Origin: Candidatus Caldarchaeales archaeon
GTDB lineage: Archaea; Thermoproteota; Nitrososphaeria_A; Caldarchaeales; Calditenuaceae
DNA: 64,000 bases
Direction of reading: 5' to 3'
NCBI GenBank assembly: GCA_032249095.1
Contig: JAVVGN010000001.1
Coordinates: 14,873 to 78,872, forward strand
Shown piece by piece: positions 48,627-58,188 of the stretch. The notes below the pieces were generated by a model. The model did no database searches. It had not been told where the DNA came from and saw only the letters and a list, made by a program, of their open reading frames with translations. The position numbers and the translations under genes are program-made. Position 1 is the first letter of the stretch. The number at the start of each line of letters is the position of its first letter.

Positions 48627-49301
48627 GTGCTGAGGCTGAGCTCCACCGACCCCTCAGTCTTAGCCTCTGAGCTCGGGGTCTCCGTCCGGACCGTATCTGA
48701 GTCCCTCTCCAGGCTCGGGCTTCCGGAGACCTCGGTCGTCTCAGACGATAGAGTCGTGGACGCAGTGGTCAGGTTGGTGGAGTCGCGCGGCGGGCTTGAA
48801 CAGCTCTCCAGGCCGTTGCGCTGGAACCTCTTCGAGCTCCTCGTGGGGAGAATGATGGAGGCGGCAGGCCTCAGGGTGTGGAGGGGGGTCGTCTTGTCGC
48901 GTTCTGGCCGAAGGTTCCAGATAGATCTCGTGGGAGCGTCGGGCACATCGGTCTACGTGGTTGAGTGTAAGAGGTGGCTGAGAAGCTTTACTCGGGGCAT
49001 GGCTGAGAGGGAGGCCGCGAGGCATAGGGAGAGGGCGCGGGTCCTCGCCAGTATGCTTGGCGGAGCAGGGCTGGCGGGCCACCACAAAGCATACGTTGTC
49101 CCGGTTGTCGTGGCTCTCTACTCAAGCCCCTTGACGCTCGACTCCTTCGTCACCCCTCCCCGGGCGCTCCTCAGCCTACTCAGGGAGCACCCCGCAGCGC
49201 TACCCTCACCCCCCACAATCAGCTTTGCTACGCCGGCACCGCCCGACGAGGCACTAGAGAGGGTGTTTGCGGCCCGGCGCCACGGCAGGAAAAGGAACTA
49301 G
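48627..49301 (+). CDS. HTH plus PD-(D/E)xK (Mrr-cat/restriction-endonuclease-like) domain protein
   Basis: N-terminal HTH LASELGVSVRTVSESL; nuclease core IDLVGASGTSVYVVECKRW (D...ExK). Confidence 0.45.
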   Translation: MLRLSSTDPSVLASELGVSVRTVSESLSRLGLPETSVVSDDRVVDAVVRLVESRGGLEQLSRPLRWNLFELLVGRMMEAAGLRVWRGVVLSRSGRRFQIDLVGASGTSVYVVECKRWLRSFTRGMAEREAARHRERARVLASMLGGAGLAGHHKAYVVPVVVALYSSPLTLDSFVTPPRALLSLLREHPAALPSPPTISFATPAPPDEALERVFAARRHGRKRN

Positions 49302-49332
49302 CATATAGATATATAATGAGTTCTGCATTCAT

Positions 49333-49920
49333 ATGGTTTGGACGGGGATGTATAGGTCCACGCTCTCAGTTAATGGGGAGCTCGCCAAGGAGCTTCTCTC
49401 CCTCGCGCGGGAGAGGAGGATGACGCTCTTCTCCCTGACGAACCAGATACTCGAGAACTCGATCACCCTGATGAAGATGGGCTTCGACATTCAGAACCTT
49501 AAAGAACTGATATCCATTCTCAAAATTCTAAAAGACCTTGACGTAGCAGTAATCCCCTCAGACTTTCTAGACAAGTTGTTGGTAAAGCTATACAAGGTGG
49601 ATCCGGACGAGCTTCTAAGATCCTTCAAGCAGGTCGGACTGGAGATGGCCGACTACCTCAGGCTGGAAGCACCGACGATCGAGAAGTTGATGACTCTGGC
49701 CCAGGTCCTCACCATGCTCTTCCCACTGAAGAGGGTTGGCTTCAGGAGGCTAGACCACAACTCCTACGAGTTGAGTGCAGTCGGCGTGGGTGGGACGATG
49801 GAGTCGACCATGTGTGTCTACAGCTTCGTGGAGGGTGTCCTCGAGAAGTATAACATGGAGATATTTGAGAAGAACATCGGGAGGGGCCTACTCACTGTTA
49901 GGTTCGGAGAGAAGATTTAG
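49333..49920 (+). CDS. hypothetical protein
   Basis: 195-aa ORF. Confidence 0.35.
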   Translation: MVWTGMYRSTLSVNGELAKELLSLARERRMTLFSLTNQILENSITLMKMGFDIQNLKELISILKILKDLDVAVIPSDFLDKLLVKLYKVDPDELLRSFKQVGLEMADYLRLEAPTIEKLMTLAQVLTMLFPLKRVGFRRLDHNSYELSAVGVGGTMESTMCVYSFVEGVLEKYNMEIFEKNIGRGLLTVRFGEKI

Positions 49921-49971
49921 AGAAGAACTACGGGAAGGGGGGTGTAGAAGCAGGGCGCCCTGCTTCTACAC

Positions 49972-50391
49972 CTAGTCGCCTAGTAGTTTTAAGAGAAAGA
50001 CCATACAGTCACGCTCCGTCACGATACCTTCTAGGAGTCCATTCTTCACGACCGGCATCCTTCTAAAGCCCCTCTCCACCATAGTTCTTAGGACGTCTCT
50101 GAGCGGGGTCTCCGGCGTGCACACAATGGGCTCCTTCGTCATCACGTCCCTCACTAGGAGCGTGAGGAGTTCCTCAGGCCCACTGCCACGCAGCAGCCGC
50201 CTAAGTATGTCGCGCTCAGTCACGATTCCTATCGGCCTATTCCCCTCCACGACCACTAGCGCGCCAACCCCCCTGGAGACCATGAGCTCGAGGGCGGTCC
50301 AGGCCGTGTCCTCAGGCCTCACCGTGACGACGAACCGCGACATCACGTCTCTCACGAGATATGTTGTACCGCTCTTCAGCATGACTCCCAT
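49972..50391 (-). CDS. tandem CBS-domain protein
   Basis: Two CBS repeats (…VRDVMS…VVTV…; …VRDVMTKEPI…). Confidence 0.75.
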   Translation of the reverse strand: MGVMLKSGTTYLVRDVMSRFVVTVRPEDTAWTALELMVSRGVGALVVVEGNRPIGIVTERDILRRLLRGSGPEELLTLLVRDVMTKEPIVCTPETPLRDVLRTMVERGFRRMPVVKNGLLEGIVTERDCMVFLLKLLGD

Positions 50392-50452
50392 CTAATGTGT
50401 GACGGGATGCTTAAAAGAGTTCACCTTAAGAGGTGGAGCAGCGTGAAGCTCT

Positions 50453-51319
50453 TTGGGTGCCGGGCTGTTGGCGAGGAGAGTCAGGGTGGCCGCTGCGCAG
50501 ATGGCTATGTCGGAGTCGCCTAGAGCAAACCTGAAGAAGGCTCTTGACATGATTGGGGAAGCCGCGGCGTCAGGCGCGGATATCGCGTGTCTACCCGAGC
50601 TCTTCATGACGACTTACTTTCCACAGTCACCCTCCTCCACTCCGCCCCACGCGGATAGCGTTCCCGGGGAAGTCTCTGAGGCCCTCGCTCAAGCTGCCTC
50701 GAGGCATGGTATAGTCGTGGTCGCCGGCTCCCTCTGCGAGCACGAGGCTGGAAAGCTCTACAACACGTCATTCGTCATCGGCCGCGGGGGCCAGTTTCTG
50801 GGGAAGTATAGGAAGAGCCACGTTCCTGACGACGAGTTCTTCTACGAGGGCCACTACTTCACGCCGGGCGACACGGGCTACAGGGTCTTCGAGGCTTCGC
50901 TCTGCAGGCTGGGCGTCCTTATATGCTATGACCAGTGGTTCCCCGAGCCGGTGAGGATACTCGCGCTCGAGGGCGCCGAGATAATCTTCTATCCCTCGGC
51001 GATAGGGAGCGTCGAGGGGGTCGAGCAGGAGGAGGGGGATTGGGCCGAGGCTTGGGAGACGGTCCAGCGCGGCCACGCCATAGCAAACGCAGTCCCGGTA
51101 GTGGTGGTCAACAGGGTCGGCAGAGAGGGCAGGATAAGGTTCTGGGGCAGGTCCCTCGTCATAGACGCCTTCGGCGCGGTCAGGCTGAGGGCTGGTGAGG
51201 AGGAGGGTGTCTACGTCTCGGAGATCGACCTCGACCACGGGCCCATGATCAGGAGGGGCTGGAGATTCTTCGAGAAGAGGCGGCCCGAGACCTATGGCAG
51301 ACTCTCCGAGCGGGGGTAG
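50453..51319 (+). CDS. aguB: carbon-nitrogen hydrolase, N-carbamoylputrescine amidase-like
   Basis: Nitrilase-superfamily E-K-C triad context (…CLPELF…, …YRKSH…, …ICYDQWFPE…); directly upstream of agmatine deiminase. Confidence 0.65.
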   Translation: MGAGLLARRVRVAAAQMAMSESPRANLKKALDMIGEAAASGADIACLPELFMTTYFPQSPSSTPPHADSVPGEVSEALAQAASRHGIVVVAGSLCEHEAGKLYNTSFVIGRGGQFLGKYRKSHVPDDEFFYEGHYFTPGDTGYRVFEASLCRLGVLICYDQWFPEPVRILALEGAEIIFYPSAIGSVEGVEQEEGDWAEAWETVQRGHAIANAVPVVVVNRVGREGRIRFWGRSLVIDAFGAVRLRAGEEEGVYVSEIDLDHGPMIRRGWRFFEKRRPETYGRLSERG

Positions 51320-51447
51320 AGGTAGGCCTGAGGCTCTCGGCTCCTGCTGAGTGGGAGAGGCACGAGGCGACTTGGCTCGCCTGGCCTCACAACAGGGAGA
51401 CATTCCCCCTCCCGATACTCCACCGAGTCGAGGAGACCTACGCCGAG

Positions 51448-52347
51448 ATGGTGGCCGAGATCTCGAGGGGGGAGGCCGTAAGGATTATCGTGCCATCCAA
51501 GGAGGCGGGCGAGAGGGTCTTGGAGATGCTGGACGAGCACGGCGCCTACGAGTCCTCCGTCAGGATTTTCGAGGTATGGTCAGCCGACGTGTGGGTCAGG
51601 GACTATGGCCCCATCTTCGCCAGAATCCTCGACGGGGGTCGTCTAGCGGGGGTTAAGTGGAGGTTCAACGCCTGGGGAGGCAAGTATGACGAGCTGGCCA
51701 AGGACGATGAGACAGGCCGGATGATTCTAGAGCTCTCGGGAGCTGAGCCTGTGGTGAGGAGCCTCGTAATCGAGGGTGGGGCGGTCGAGGTGTCTGGAGA
51801 CGGGCTTGTGATCGCGACCGAGCAGTGTCTCCTCAACCCGGCTAGGAACCCGGGAGCTAGTAGGCGGCTCCTCGAGACTGAGCTGGCACAGTTTCTAGGG
51901 GCGAGGCACGTCCTCTGGCTGAGGCGCGGGCTCGTCGGGGATGACACGGACGGCCACGTGGACGTTTTCTGCCGCTTCGCTCCCGGCGGGAAGATACTCC
52001 TGGCGGAGACCCGCGCCGGCCCCAACCACGATATTCTTGAGGAGGCGGCGGCGACCCTCACCGGCTACGTGGATGCGCTAGGGCTGCCGTTCAGCGTTGT
52101 GCGCGTCCCCATGCCTCCGCCGGTCCGCGTCTTGGGCATGACTGTCCCAGCCACATACCTTAACTACTACGTGACGAACGCTGCGGTTCTCCTTCCAGTC
52201 TTCGGCGCGAGGGCGGATGAGGAGGCCTACTCACTGTTGTCAGAGTGCTATCCAGATAGGAGGGTTGTCGGGCTGCGGTGCCCCGAGCTCTTCTACGGTC
52301 TAGGAGGACCCCACTGCGTCACTCTCCACCAGCCCCAAGGGAGCTAG
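51448..52347 (+). CDS. aguA: agmatine deiminase; first ATG shown, conserved N-terminus actually begins about 40 codons upstream
   Basis: ...VWVRDYGPIF...; C-terminal catalytic Cys GGPHCVTLHQP; upstream in-frame region encodes APAEWERHEATWLAWPH matching the family N-terminus. Confidence 0.8.
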   Translation: MVAEISRGEAVRIIVPSKEAGERVLEMLDEHGAYESSVRIFEVWSADVWVRDYGPIFARILDGGRLAGVKWRFNAWGGKYDELAKDDETGRMILELSGAEPVVRSLVIEGGAVEVSGDGLVIATEQCLLNPARNPGASRRLLETELAQFLGARHVLWLRRGLVGDDTDGHVDVFCRFAPGGKILLAETRAGPNHDILEEAAATLTGYVDALGLPFSVVRVPMPPPVRVLGMTVPATYLNYYVTNAAVLLPVFGARADEEAYSLLSECYPDRRVVGLRCPELFYGLGGPHCVTLHQPQGS

Positions 52348-53063
52348 TCCTGGACCAGTATCAGGCTCCTAATGCTCGTTGAGGGGTGCAGCGTTGAGCT
52401 AAGCCTCGCCCTAACCTCCTCAAGCATCACGATGGTAAAGATGCCTGCCACCCTAGCCCCAGCCCTCCCGACGGCCCTGGCTAGGCCGCTGATTGTCTCG
52501 CCGCTCCTCGCTACGTCGTCGACGATCAGGACCATGTCCCCGCGCCTGATGGAGTGTCTCGAGATGTAGATGTACTCGACGAGGGCTGGCGACCTCTTGA
52601 TCACCTCCTCGATGTAGCTCTTGTTTCCAGTCTCCTTCCTCTTCTTCGCCACAACGAGCTCCACCCTCAGCTCTTCAGCCACCTGAACCGCGAGCGGGAT
52701 GCCGTCGGTGGCTGGTGTGAGAAGCTTAGTGATCTGTAGGTTCCTCGTCTCGTTGCTGACGACCTTCGCTATGAGCCTCAGTAGGACCGCGTCGTTAACT
52801 ATGTCTGAGAGGTCGTAGAAGCCGTCCTCCGTCCTCTTCAGCCTCCTCCTAACTATTTCCATGAGCGTCGACTCGCCGAAGAGGGATAGGATCTTCTCCG
52901 CCCGACCGGTGTTTGGCAGGACTCTTCCGTTGATGTAGCGGCTCAGGACGGAGATGGGGATTCCAAGCATCTCTGAAAGAAGCTTGTAGCCATACTGCTC
53001 CCTCAGGTATGGCAGCACTTCGACAGCGTTAAGGCGGAGAAATACTTCGGCGGTCTTTGACAA
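52344..53063 (-). CDS. HTH-phosphoribosyltransferase-domain regulator (GfcR/PurR-like)
   Basis: N-terminal HTH; PRPP-binding motif VLIVDDVARSGETI. Confidence 0.55.
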   Translation of the reverse strand: MSKTAEVFLRLNAVEVLPYLREQYGYKLLSEMLGIPISVLSRYINGRVLPNTGRAEKILSLFGESTLMEIVRRRLKRTEDGFYDLSDIVNDAVLLRLIAKVVSNETRNLQITKLLTPATDGIPLAVQVAEELRVELVVAKKRKETGNKSYIEEVIKRSPALVEYIYISRHSIRRGDMVLIVDDVARSGETISGLARAVGRAGARVAGIFTIVMLEEVRARLSSTLHPSTSIRSLILVQD

Positions 53064-53169
53064 GATCCTGAAACTATCGCGTTGGTGCGCGATTTAAGCA
53101 TTAATGTAGACCGCGGCGTGGCCAACCTTACGGCCGCTTCTCAAAACCTAATTATCGCGCCAAGTCGTC

Positions 53170-54084
53170 TTGACTGCTGTGAGGTTGGAGGAGTTTAGGG
53201 GAATAATCGCGGCGACGATAACTCCTAATACTGCAGACGAGTCGGAGGTCTCCCGGTATCTCGACCTGCTCGAGAGGAGCGGGGTGAGGGGCCTGTTCAT
53301 ACTCGGCACCATGGGTGAGGGAGCCAAGCTAGGGCCCTCCTCCCGCCAGCGGCTCGCCGAGATGATACTGGGGCTGGCGGGGAAAAGGTTCCTGAAGATT
53401 GTCCACGTGGGTGCGCCGGACATAGAGACTGCGGAGCAGCTCGCCCGCCACGCAGGTGGATGTGGGGCGGACGCCGTCTCGGCCGTGATGCCCTACTATT
53501 ACAGGTATGACGCGGAATCCCTCGCCGCCTTCTACAATAGGCTTGCCGGCGCGACAGAGGCCCCGCTCCTACTGTATAATAATCCCGGGAGACAGGGGTA
53601 CTCGGTCTCTGCTGCAGAGGTTGCGAGGGTCTTCGAGCTGGCGCCCGGCGTCAGGGGGATAAAGGATACGAGCGGGGACCCGGCCATGCTGCTGGAGCTA
53701 CAGACCAGCTTCGGCTCCACCCACTTTGTAGCCTGCGGCGGAGACCACCTCCTCCACTACGCCTATGAGATAGGGGTCAGAGCCCACGTCAGCTCCCTGG
53801 CGGCCATATATCCTGAGATCGCCACGGGGATATGGAGGGCCGCGTCTCGGGGCGACCACTCGACTGCCCTTCGGCTACAGGACGCCCTGAATAGGGCTCG
53901 CACGCTTCTGAGGGCGGTGGGGCCAGACACGGCCTCCTACAGGTATGCCCTGAGGCTCCGCGGCATCGATCTCGGGCCCACGCTCTTCCCGACCCGAGGC
54001 CTCACAGGCGAGGAGATGGAGAAGCTTTCCCGCGGGTTGGAGCCCCTGCAGAGGCTCGCGGAGGAGATCGGGAGGCATGGCTGA
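53170..54084 (+). CDS. DHDPS/NAL-family lyase, probably 2-keto-3-deoxy(-6-phospho)gluconate aldolase
   Basis: ...GLFILGTMGEGAKL...; Schiff-base lysine GIKDTSGD; adjacent pfkB kinase. Confidence 0.6.
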   Translation: MTAVRLEEFRGIIAATITPNTADESEVSRYLDLLERSGVRGLFILGTMGEGAKLGPSSRQRLAEMILGLAGKRFLKIVHVGAPDIETAEQLARHAGGCGADAVSAVMPYYYRYDAESLAAFYNRLAGATEAPLLLYNNPGRQGYSVSAAEVARVFELAPGVRGIKDTSGDPAMLLELQTSFGSTHFVACGGDHLLHYAYEIGVRAHVSSLAAIYPEIATGIWRAASRGDHSTALRLQDALNRARTLLRAVGPDTASYRYALRLRGIDLGPTLFPTRGLTGEEMEKLSRGLEPLQRLAEEIGRHG

Positions 54085-55027
54085 GCTCATTACGATGGGC
54101 GAGGCACTAGTACAGTTTAATCCACTTATGAAGGGGCCGCTGAGGCACGCTACACTCTTCGAGAGGCACGTGGCCGGCGCAGAGGCGAACGTGGCCGTGG
54201 CTGTGGTCCGGCAGGGCAGGAGGGCGGCCTTCATAGGGAGGGTCGGCGACGACGAGTTCGGGGTATGTATTGAGAACTGGCTGAGGGGGGAGGGCGTGGA
54301 CACGACCTGGCTCAGAAGAGACCCCGAGGCGCCTACCGGGATATACTTTGTCCAGAGGGGGTACCCTCTCCCCCGGAGGAGCGCGATGGTCTATTACAGG
54401 AGGGGCTCGGCGGGGAGCAGGCTCTCGCCTGAAGATGTGCCTGAGGAGCCCTTCAAGATCGCAAGGATACTCCACTTCACAGGCATAACTCCAGCCCTAA
54501 GCCAATCCGCTAGGGAGGCCTGTGGGCGTGCGGTCGAGCTGGCGCAGAGGTTCGGCGTCGCCATCTCGATAGACACCAACATAAGGCCCGTCCTATGGCC
54601 GAGCATGGAGGAGGCTGTCCGAGTTCTGATGCCGATGATAGAGAGGGCGAGGTTCCTGTTCACCGACCCGACCGACGCCGGCATACTGGTTGGCGAGGAG
54701 GACCCGGCGAGGATCATAGATGTCTTCAGGGGGCTGGGCGTCGAGACGGTGGTCGTGAAGCTCGGTGAGAGGGGAGCCATGGCGGCCTCGGGGAGCGAGA
54801 AGGCGAGGGCCGAGGCGATCCAGGTCGATGTCGAGGACCCCATAGGCGCGGGCGACGCCCTGGCCGGCATCTTCCTAGCCTGCCAGCTCGCCGGCAAGAG
54901 CCTATTCGAGTCTCTCCGGAGAGCCACGCTGGTCGGCTCACTTGTCACGACGGTCCGCGGAGACCAGGAGATGCTACCCACCGCCCGAGAGCTCGACCTG
55001 ATATATCGCTACTACTACTCGCTCTAA
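54077..55027 (+). CDS. pfkB-family sugar kinase, probably 2-keto-3-deoxygluconate kinase
   Basis: N-terminal ...ITMGEALVQF...GAEANVAVA...; C-terminal GAGDA anion hole; overlaps the aldolase stop. Confidence 0.6.
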   Translation: MAELITMGEALVQFNPLMKGPLRHATLFERHVAGAEANVAVAVVRQGRRAAFIGRVGDDEFGVCIENWLRGEGVDTTWLRRDPEAPTGIYFVQRGYPLPRRSAMVYYRRGSAGSRLSPEDVPEEPFKIARILHFTGITPALSQSAREACGRAVELAQRFGVAISIDTNIRPVLWPSMEEAVRVLMPMIERARFLFTDPTDAGILVGEEDPARIIDVFRGLGVETVVVKLGERGAMAASGSEKARAEAIQVDVEDPIGAGDALAGIFLACQLAGKSLFESLRRATLVGSLVTTVRGDQEMLPTARELDLIYRYYYSL

Positions 55028-55119
55028 GAAGGGGGCTTGACCCCGACAGGCCGAGGCTTCTCACAAAGGTGGTCAGGTAGTAGGCGCCGCTATCCTCGCT
55101 TCCTCGCGAGGCACCAGCC

Positions 55120-55770
55120 GTGTCTTATCTCCTCTCCGTGGATACATTGGGTGGGATAGTCAAGTATGCTGCACATGGACATTACTGTGTCGTTGTCGAG
55201 GAGGTAGTCGATCTTCTGGGCCTCCCTGCACGCGAGGACCACGCCGAGCTTGAGGTTAGGGCTTTGACGGAGCTTTGGATGGAGCTGGCTGGGATAAAGA
55301 AGGCGGCCAAAAACACAAGGACTACAATAAATGATCCATTAGCAGATGAGGCTCATAAGATATTAAGACGCTACACTGAGAGGCTGGCGATTAGGATTCA
55401 TGAGAGGGCTTTGGAGCTACCGCTCTATGGGATGGTTGTCGAGAGGCTTGGTCTTAAGGGTCCTTCACTGGCCTACATCGTCTCACACGACTCCATCGTC
55501 TTCAAGACATTGTCTAGGACTGGGTTGGAGACGCGTTATGAGCTGTTTAGACGTCCCTGGAGAGGTAGAGGATTACGGAGCCAACTACTGATACGACTGG
55601 CATACGCAACAATCACAAACAGGAATCAGAGGTATCTAGCAGTATATGAGTGCTATCTTCGGAGGGGTAAGAAGCATTGGCAGGCAATCCTACGCGTGGC
55701 GAAAAGAATTCTAAGAGACGTCAGGAGACTAGCGATGGAAGCCCAGGAGGCCGGACAGGCTCCAGCCTGA
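55120..55770 (+). CDS. hypothetical protein
   Basis: 216-aa ORF. Confidence 0.35.
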   Translation: MSYLLSVDTLGGIVKYAAHGHYCVVVEEVVDLLGLPAREDHAELEVRALTELWMELAGIKKAAKNTRTTINDPLADEAHKILRRYTERLAIRIHERALELPLYGMVVERLGLKGPSLAYIVSHDSIVFKTLSRTGLETRYELFRRPWRGRGLRSQLLIRLAYATITNRNQRYLAVYECYLRRGKKHWQAILRVAKRILRDVRRLAMEAQEAGQAPA

Positions 55771-56013
55771 CGGAGAAAAGACCCAGAGGGCTGGAGCGGT
55801 CTAGGGGTAGTTCCCGCCAATAGAGTGGCGTTGTCTATCGCTACTTCCTTCCGGCCTTCTGGGTCTCTCTAATGTCTGGCTGGAGAGGCCCCCAACCCCT
55901 CCCCCCTCTTTCCCATACTCATGAAGCCTCTTTCACCTCGCTACTAATACCCCTAGCCCTCTCCACCCGCGGGTCGCCTAGCTAAAATACGCGGCCGCGG
56001 AGCTATCTGCGGG

Positions 56014-57414
56014 TTGAGGTCCCTCCGAGAGGTGCTGGAGGAGGCGCGGAGACTGGTTGAGCCGGGGCCCGAGGAGAGGGAGCAGGTCCTAAGCGTATCC
56101 GAGAGGGTTCTTGAGAGATGCCGCCTAAGGCTCCTCAGGCTAGGCGAGGTGGTCGAGGTCTCTCTGGAGGGCTCCGTCGCCAAGGACACCTGGCTTAAGG
56201 GGAGGCCGGATGTCGACATATTCATCCATTTCAGGCCCGAGGTTGCTGACAAGAGGTTAGAGGAGATAGTGGTCTCTGAGGGGCGGGAGGTGGTTGAAGG
56301 GCTTGGCGGCAGGTCGTGGCTCAGGTACGCCAGTCACCCCTACGTGGAGGGAGTTGTCGAGGGCGTGCGCGTCAACATAGTAGGATGCTACAGCGTCGCC
56401 CCGGGAGGCTGGAAGAGCGCGGCGGACAGAACGCCATACCACACACGCTACATCAAGTCTGTCCTGAACAGCGAGCTTAGGACTGACGTGAGGCTGCTAA
56501 AAGGCTTTCTCAACGCTGTGGGGATATACGGTGCCGAGATCAGGGTGGAAGGCTTCAGCGGCTATCTGGCGGAGCTCCTAGTCGTGTGGCATGGAGGCTT
56601 CGCGAGGCTCCTAGAGGCTGCGGCAAGATGGAGGCCCCCGGTAGCCATAGACACGACGGGGCGCAACACGAGAGTGGCCATGCTCTCAGCCTTCCCCAAC
56701 TCCGGCCTAATCGTGATTGACCCTGTCGACCCTGCGAGGAATGTGGCGGCGGCCGTCAGCCTCAGCAGCCTCTCGGAGTTCATACTAGCCTCAAAGCTCT
56801 TCCTCAGAAACCCCTCCACAAGCTACTTCGCCCCGACCCCAAGCCTCAAGGCCGAGGTAGACACGAGGCGTCTGCTAGGGCTCTTCATCCCGCTAAAGAC
56901 CAGTATACCACCAGACATCCTCTGGGGCGAGGTTAAGCGGACGACGAGGGGCGTCGCCAAGAGGCTCGAGGCAGAGGGGTTCCGCGTCTATAGGGCATCC
57001 GCGACCCAGGCAGGCGAGAAGGTCCTGATACTTCTCGAGCTAGACAGGCTTGAGCTGCCCCCATACGAGCTGAGGCAGGGGCCGCCCGTCTGGATGGACA
57101 ATGCCGTCGACTTTGTTGAGAAGACTCTGCGGAGGAGCTCTAGGGTGGCTGGACCCTGGGTGGAGGGGGAGAGGCTCTACGCCCTCCTGAGGAGGCAGGC
57201 ATGGAGGGCAAGCGAGCTGCTGAGGAGGTGGGTATCTACGGGCCAGGTATCGGTCTCGAGGCACTTGATCCAGAGCAGGGAGTCTTTTGAGGTCTTGACG
57301 TCGGAGGACGGCCTGCTGGAGAGGCTGGAAAGCAGCCCAGAGCTCCGAGCCTTCGCTCATCATTTCCTAGGGGGCCTGTCGGGGGCCATAAGGCCGGGAG
57401 AGCCTGATGAGTAG
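56014..57414 (+). CDS. cca: archaeal class I CCA-adding tRNA nucleotidyltransferase
   Basis: ...LEGSVAKDTWLKGRPDVDIFIHF... (GS...DxD NTase) plus conserved ...RTPYHTRYI...; 466 aa. Confidence 0.8.
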   Translation: MRSLREVLEEARRLVEPGPEEREQVLSVSERVLERCRLRLLRLGEVVEVSLEGSVAKDTWLKGRPDVDIFIHFRPEVADKRLEEIVVSEGREVVEGLGGRSWLRYASHPYVEGVVEGVRVNIVGCYSVAPGGWKSAADRTPYHTRYIKSVLNSELRTDVRLLKGFLNAVGIYGAEIRVEGFSGYLAELLVVWHGGFARLLEAAARWRPPVAIDTTGRNTRVAMLSAFPNSGLIVIDPVDPARNVAAAVSLSSLSEFILASKLFLRNPSTSYFAPTPSLKAEVDTRRLLGLFIPLKTSIPPDILWGEVKRTTRGVAKRLEAEGFRVYRASATQAGEKVLILLELDRLELPPYELRQGPPVWMDNAVDFVEKTLRRSSRVAGPWVEGERLYALLRRQAWRASELLRRWVSTGQVSVSRHLIQSRESFEVLTSEDGLLERLESSPELRAFAHHFLGGLSGAIRPGEPDE

Positions 57415-58150
57415 CCCCATATCGGTCCATGAGGTCGCGAAGCGCGCCGACCTCCTCGGACAGCTCTCATACCCCCACGGAGACCCCAGGTACTCACTCG
57501 AGGCCCTGCAAGCCCTCGAGAGGATCGGCGTTGAGGCCATCACGCTAGACAAGCGCGGTCTCCTGAAGCTCCTTGGAAAAGGTTTTAGGAACATAGTTCT
57601 TGAAGGCGTGATGGCTGGGGAGAGAGTCGCCGTAAAGATCCGCAGGAGCGACTACGTCTCTAGGGACGCCTCGAGGGAGGCCACGATGCACGGCATCGCG
57701 AATAGGCTCGGCGTCGGCCCTCGGCTCTTGGGCTGGTGCGGCCCCGTCCTCGTGGTGGAGCTCGTCCCGGGGCCAGACCTCTCGACCTGGCTCGCGACAG
57801 GCGGCTACGCTCCAGCCGAGGCGAGGGAAACTCTGCTTGAGCTGGCGCTCCAGTGCTTTAGGCTTGACCGGGGAGGACTGGACCACGGCGAGCTGAGCGA
57901 CGCCCGTAGACACGTGTTGGTCGTCGGTGGTCGGCCGGTCATCATAGACTTCGGCTCGGCCCGGATCACCCCGAGGCCCAAGAACCTCACCTCAATACTC
58001 AGCTACCTCTCCGGGGGGAATCTCGGCGGCGTCCGCGGCCTCCTAGGACTCAGGACCCCACGCAGAGAGGCCCTCAGGAGGTACAAGGAGAACCCGAGCG
58101 AGGAGCAGTTCGTGGACCTCATGAGGATGGTGGGGCTTCTGGAGGGCTGA
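57407..58150 (+). CDS. small eukaryotic-type/RIO-like Ser/Thr protein kinase
   Basis: Lys in VAVKIRR; catalytic loop HGELSDARRHVLV; IIDFGSA (DFG). Confidence 0.55.
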   Translation: MSSPISVHEVAKRADLLGQLSYPHGDPRYSLEALQALERIGVEAITLDKRGLLKLLGKGFRNIVLEGVMAGERVAVKIRRSDYVSRDASREATMHGIANRLGVGPRLLGWCGPVLVVELVPGPDLSTWLATGGYAPAEARETLLELALQCFRLDRGGLDHGELSDARRHVLVVGGRPVIIDFGSARITPRPKNLTSILSYLSGGNLGGVRGLLGLRTPRREALRRYKENPSEEQFVDLMRMVGLLEG

Positions 58151-58188
58151 GCCTCCTCCCGGCCATCATACCTTATATAACGCGTGCC

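Noticed and set aside
54107-54981. Antisense ORFs inside the sugar kinase gene
   Set aside because: Antisense to a supported gene.
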